Source: Alphaproteobacteria bacterium
GTDB lineage: Bacteria; Pseudomonadota; Alphaproteobacteria; CBDBCS01; JAHZLG01
Direction: 5' to 3'
NCBI GenBank assembly: GCA_022599995.1
Contig: JAHZLG010000181.1
Location: 1-27,486 of the forward strand
Length of the DNA: 27,486 nucleotides
Both the position numbers and the translations under genes were made by a program. Shown in pieces: positions 25,257-27,486 of this stretch. A model generated the notes under the pieces. The model had not been told where the DNA came from. It worked only from the letters and a program-made list of their open reading frames with translations, and did not search any database. Numbering within the stretch: the stretch's first letter is position 1; each line of letters starts with the position of its first letter.

Positions 25257-26408
25257 TTAGCGGGACTCGATCGAGCTAGCGGCTTCTCCGCCCGCGGAAG
25301 AGCTTGAGATCGCATCTTCGTCGTCTTCATCGTCCTCGTTGTAGAGCCGCGAGTGCTGATAACGGTTGAGAACAAAACGAACCGTCGCAGCAATAGCCGC
25401 GGCCATCGGCATGGCAACCAAGAACCCCGGCAATCCTGCCACGGCCCCGCCTCCCAAGAGGGCGAAGATGATCCAAACCGGGTGCAATCCGATTTCACGT
25501 CCGACTAGGCGTGGCGTCACAAAATAGCCCTCAATGCCTTGCCCAGCGAGGAACACGCCCAAGACCAGCGCGGCACTCAGGGGGCTGCCGGTGTCGACAT
25601 AGGCGAGAGTCGTGCCAATGACCATGGCCGAAATAGGGCCAAGATAGGGAACGAAAACGAAAAACCCGGTCAGAATGCCAAACAGCAAGGCGTACTTCGT
25701 GAACCCGACCACAAGGAACAACACCGTGTAGAAGGTCGACATGATCAACGCAACAATCAACAACCCACGCAACAGCTTCGAGACCGACAGGTCAATAGCT
25801 TGGGCAAGCTCGACGACCGTTCGCGCATACGATTTCGGGAGTATCGACCGCACGCTTCCGACGACGCTCGGCCAGTCGTTCAGCATGTATATCGACACAA
25901 TCGGCGTCAGGATGACAAAAGCCACCACGGATGCCACCGAGCTCAATTTGCCCGTGAAGGCGGACACCCAGTTGCGCACTGCTCCAACCAAGGTGCCGAC
26001 TATCTCTTCGGAAGAGCCGAAAATGTCCTCACGCGAAATACCCAGCAGGTCAAGCTCGGCTTCCACCTTCACCAATACCTCTGTGCGCAGCCGTTCGATA
26101 AGCATGGGCAGGGCCTCTGAGAGGGCTATCGCCTGAGCCACCACCGCCGGCAAAACAACCAGAAACACCGCGAGCACGACCACCAAAAACCCCAGCATCA
26201 CGACGAGAATGCCAATGTATCGGGGCACCCCTTGGCGTTCCACGGCATTGACCACCGGTTGAAACAGATATGCCACAATCATGCCGAGCACGAAGGGTGC
26301 CAAAATGCTTTGGAACAAGGTGAAAAAGCTCCAAAGGGCAATCAGGATACCAACCCAGAATGCTGTCCATATTTGCCAGTTCAGTCTCTTTTTGTGCTCC
26401 ATGTTCAT
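25257..26408 (-). CDS. AI-2E (UPF0118/PerM) family membrane transporter
   Basis: ILAPFVLGMIVAYLFQPVV, multiple TM helices, FVPYLGP, QGIEGYFVTPRLVGREIGLHPVW, GLPGFLVAMP. Confidence 0.93.
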   Translation of the reverse strand: MNMEHKKRLNWQIWTAFWVGILIALWSFFTLFQSILAPFVLGMIVAYLFQPVVNAVERQGVPRYIGILVVMLGFLVVVLAVFLVVLPAVVAQAIALSEALPMLIERLRTEVLVKVEAELDLLGISREDIFGSSEEIVGTLVGAVRNWVSAFTGKLSSVASVVAFVILTPIVSIYMLNDWPSVVGSVRSILPKSYARTVVELAQAIDLSVSKLLRGLLIVALIMSTFYTVLFLVVGFTKYALLFGILTGFFVFVPYLGPISAMVIGTTLAYVDTGSPLSAALVLGVFLAGQGIEGYFVTPRLVGREIGLHPVWIIFALLGGGAVAGLPGFLVAMPMAAAIAATVRFVLNRYQHSRLYNEDDEDDEDAISSSSAGGEAASSIESR

Positions 26409-26444
26409 GGCCGAAATCCATTTTTTCTAAGAGAGGAGAGGTGC

Positions 26445-27017
26445 TTAAAGCCGCGTCACAAGATTGCGCAATCGAGGGAACAGCAACGCAGCCAACACTG
26501 CCTTCACAACATCAGCGGGCAGGAAATTCAGCAGTCCGATCGTCAGGATGGGTTTGCTCCATCCCAGCAAGGTGCCCAGCCACAGCACGCCCGGCAGATA
26601 AATCAGCACCAGCCCAGCGAACACCGCCAGCAGTGTGGTGGGGGTGCGCTTGTCAAAGCCGCGCTCGGCCAGATAGCCGGTTGCTGCTGTTGCGAGCAGG
26701 AAGCCCAGCAAATAGCCTCCTGTTGGCCCCAGCATATAGGGCAAGCCAATCCCCAGATGGGGAGTGCCAGCAAAGACGGGTGCCCCTGCCGCCCCGAGCA
26801 GGAGGTAGGATAACACGGTCGAGACGCCCAGCCGCATGCCGTAGGTAAGGCCAATCAGCAGCACGACAAAGGGCTGCAAGGTGAACGGCACCGGATAGGA
26901 CGGGATAGTGAATTTGGACGATAGCGTCAGCAATACCACCCCGATAACCATCGCGAGAGGAACAGTCAGGACGGGAAATTTGATCGCATAGGGGATCGCG
27001 ACTGGCGTAGATTTCAT
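26445..27017 (-). CDS. bioY: Biotin transporter BioY, about 190 aa
   Basis: PVPFTLQ, GAAGAPVFAG, GPTGGYLLGF, YLPGVLWL, DVVK. ATG 27017 preferred. Confidence 0.94.
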   Translation of the reverse strand: MKSTPVAIPYAIKFPVLTVPLAMVIGVVLLTLSSKFTIPSYPVPFTLQPFVVLLIGLTYGMRLGVSTVLSYLLLGAAGAPVFAGTPHLGIGLPYMLGPTGGYLLGFLLATAATGYLAERGFDKRTPTTLLAVFAGLVLIYLPGVLWLGTLLGWSKPILTIGLLNFLPADVVKAVLAALLFPRLRNLVTRL

Positions 27018-27380
27018 AGGGGAGCTCACAAGGCGGGAATACAGAAATGCAACACGGAAGGAAGAGTTGATGGATGCAAGGAAGCAAGAATGGACGAAGG
27101 GAAAGAACCCCTTGCACGCACACCGCCTGCTGAGGGTCAACCACCAAGAGGAAAAGGACTAGAGCAAGAAAAGCAGGAGGAGCACCAAATGACGCGGGCA
27201 CCGTGGCTTCGCATACGTCCATGCGTCCATGAATTCGAGCAGCGTACTCGCTTCTTGGTGCGAAACCTAAGGCATAGCAACCCGTCTGCGCACGAAAAAA
27301 CGAAGGGCTTTTTTGGTTTTCTGCCCTTGCCACTCAGGGCACTTTACCTGCGACACAGAACAATGGCAACCACCACCCCT

Positions 27381-27486
27381 CCCCAGCGGGGGCACGCAAC
27401 CACCCCGGCGGGGGCACGCAACCACCCCGGCGGGGGCACGCAACCACCCCGGCGGGGGCACGCAACCACCCCGGCGGGGGCACGCA
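27381..27486. repeat. 22-bp minisatellite (accaccccggcgggggcacgca) x4 plus a partial copy, running off the window end
   Basis: Exact units at 27399, 27421, 27443 and 27465. Confidence 0.97.

Noticed and set aside
27296-27340. Terminator or attenuator upstream of bioY
   Set aside because: Only a 6-bp stem with a 14-nt loop (aagggc/gccctt); too weak to call, and no biotin-regulator box was recognised.
1-27486. Prophage, IS or defence island
   Set aside because: No integrase, transposase, phage structural, nuclease or methyltransferase defence motifs were found. All large ORFs are housekeeping or envelope genes.

Overview
GC-rich (about 60% by eye) core-genome segment of a bacterium, most likely an alphaproteobacterium. 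A Rhodospirillales-like lineage is inferred from the short ATP-cone-less NrdA, the 430-aa AhcY, HdaA, a phasin with PhaR-type boxes and the large TPR protein family. Genes in order: nrdA; a translationally coupled pair (secreted transglutaminase-like protein and a 1235-aa exported TPR protein); rsmI; lutABC; phasin; lysA; ileS-lspA; ahcY; hdaA-like; SMP-30 lactonase; cysK; alaX; AI-2E transporter; bioY. I found no transposase, integrase, CRISPR array, tRNA or rRNA. The unusual signal lies in the non-coding and inserted DNA. (1) A candidate structured sRNA (20677-20885, minus) has an anti-SD seed that can be sequestered by its own 5' end, a strong terminator and a PhaR-like operator upstream. 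(2) Two 16-bp-period arrays of mini-palindromes are present; one varies only in G.U-compatible ways. (3) In-frame tandem-repeat or low-complexity insertions occur in many housekeeping proteins. (4) There is a dispersed REP-like 18-mer, a CTAG palindrome cluster, and pyrimidine-rich SD-less leaders in front of most genes. Family calls come from motif recognition only; no database searches or folding programs were run.
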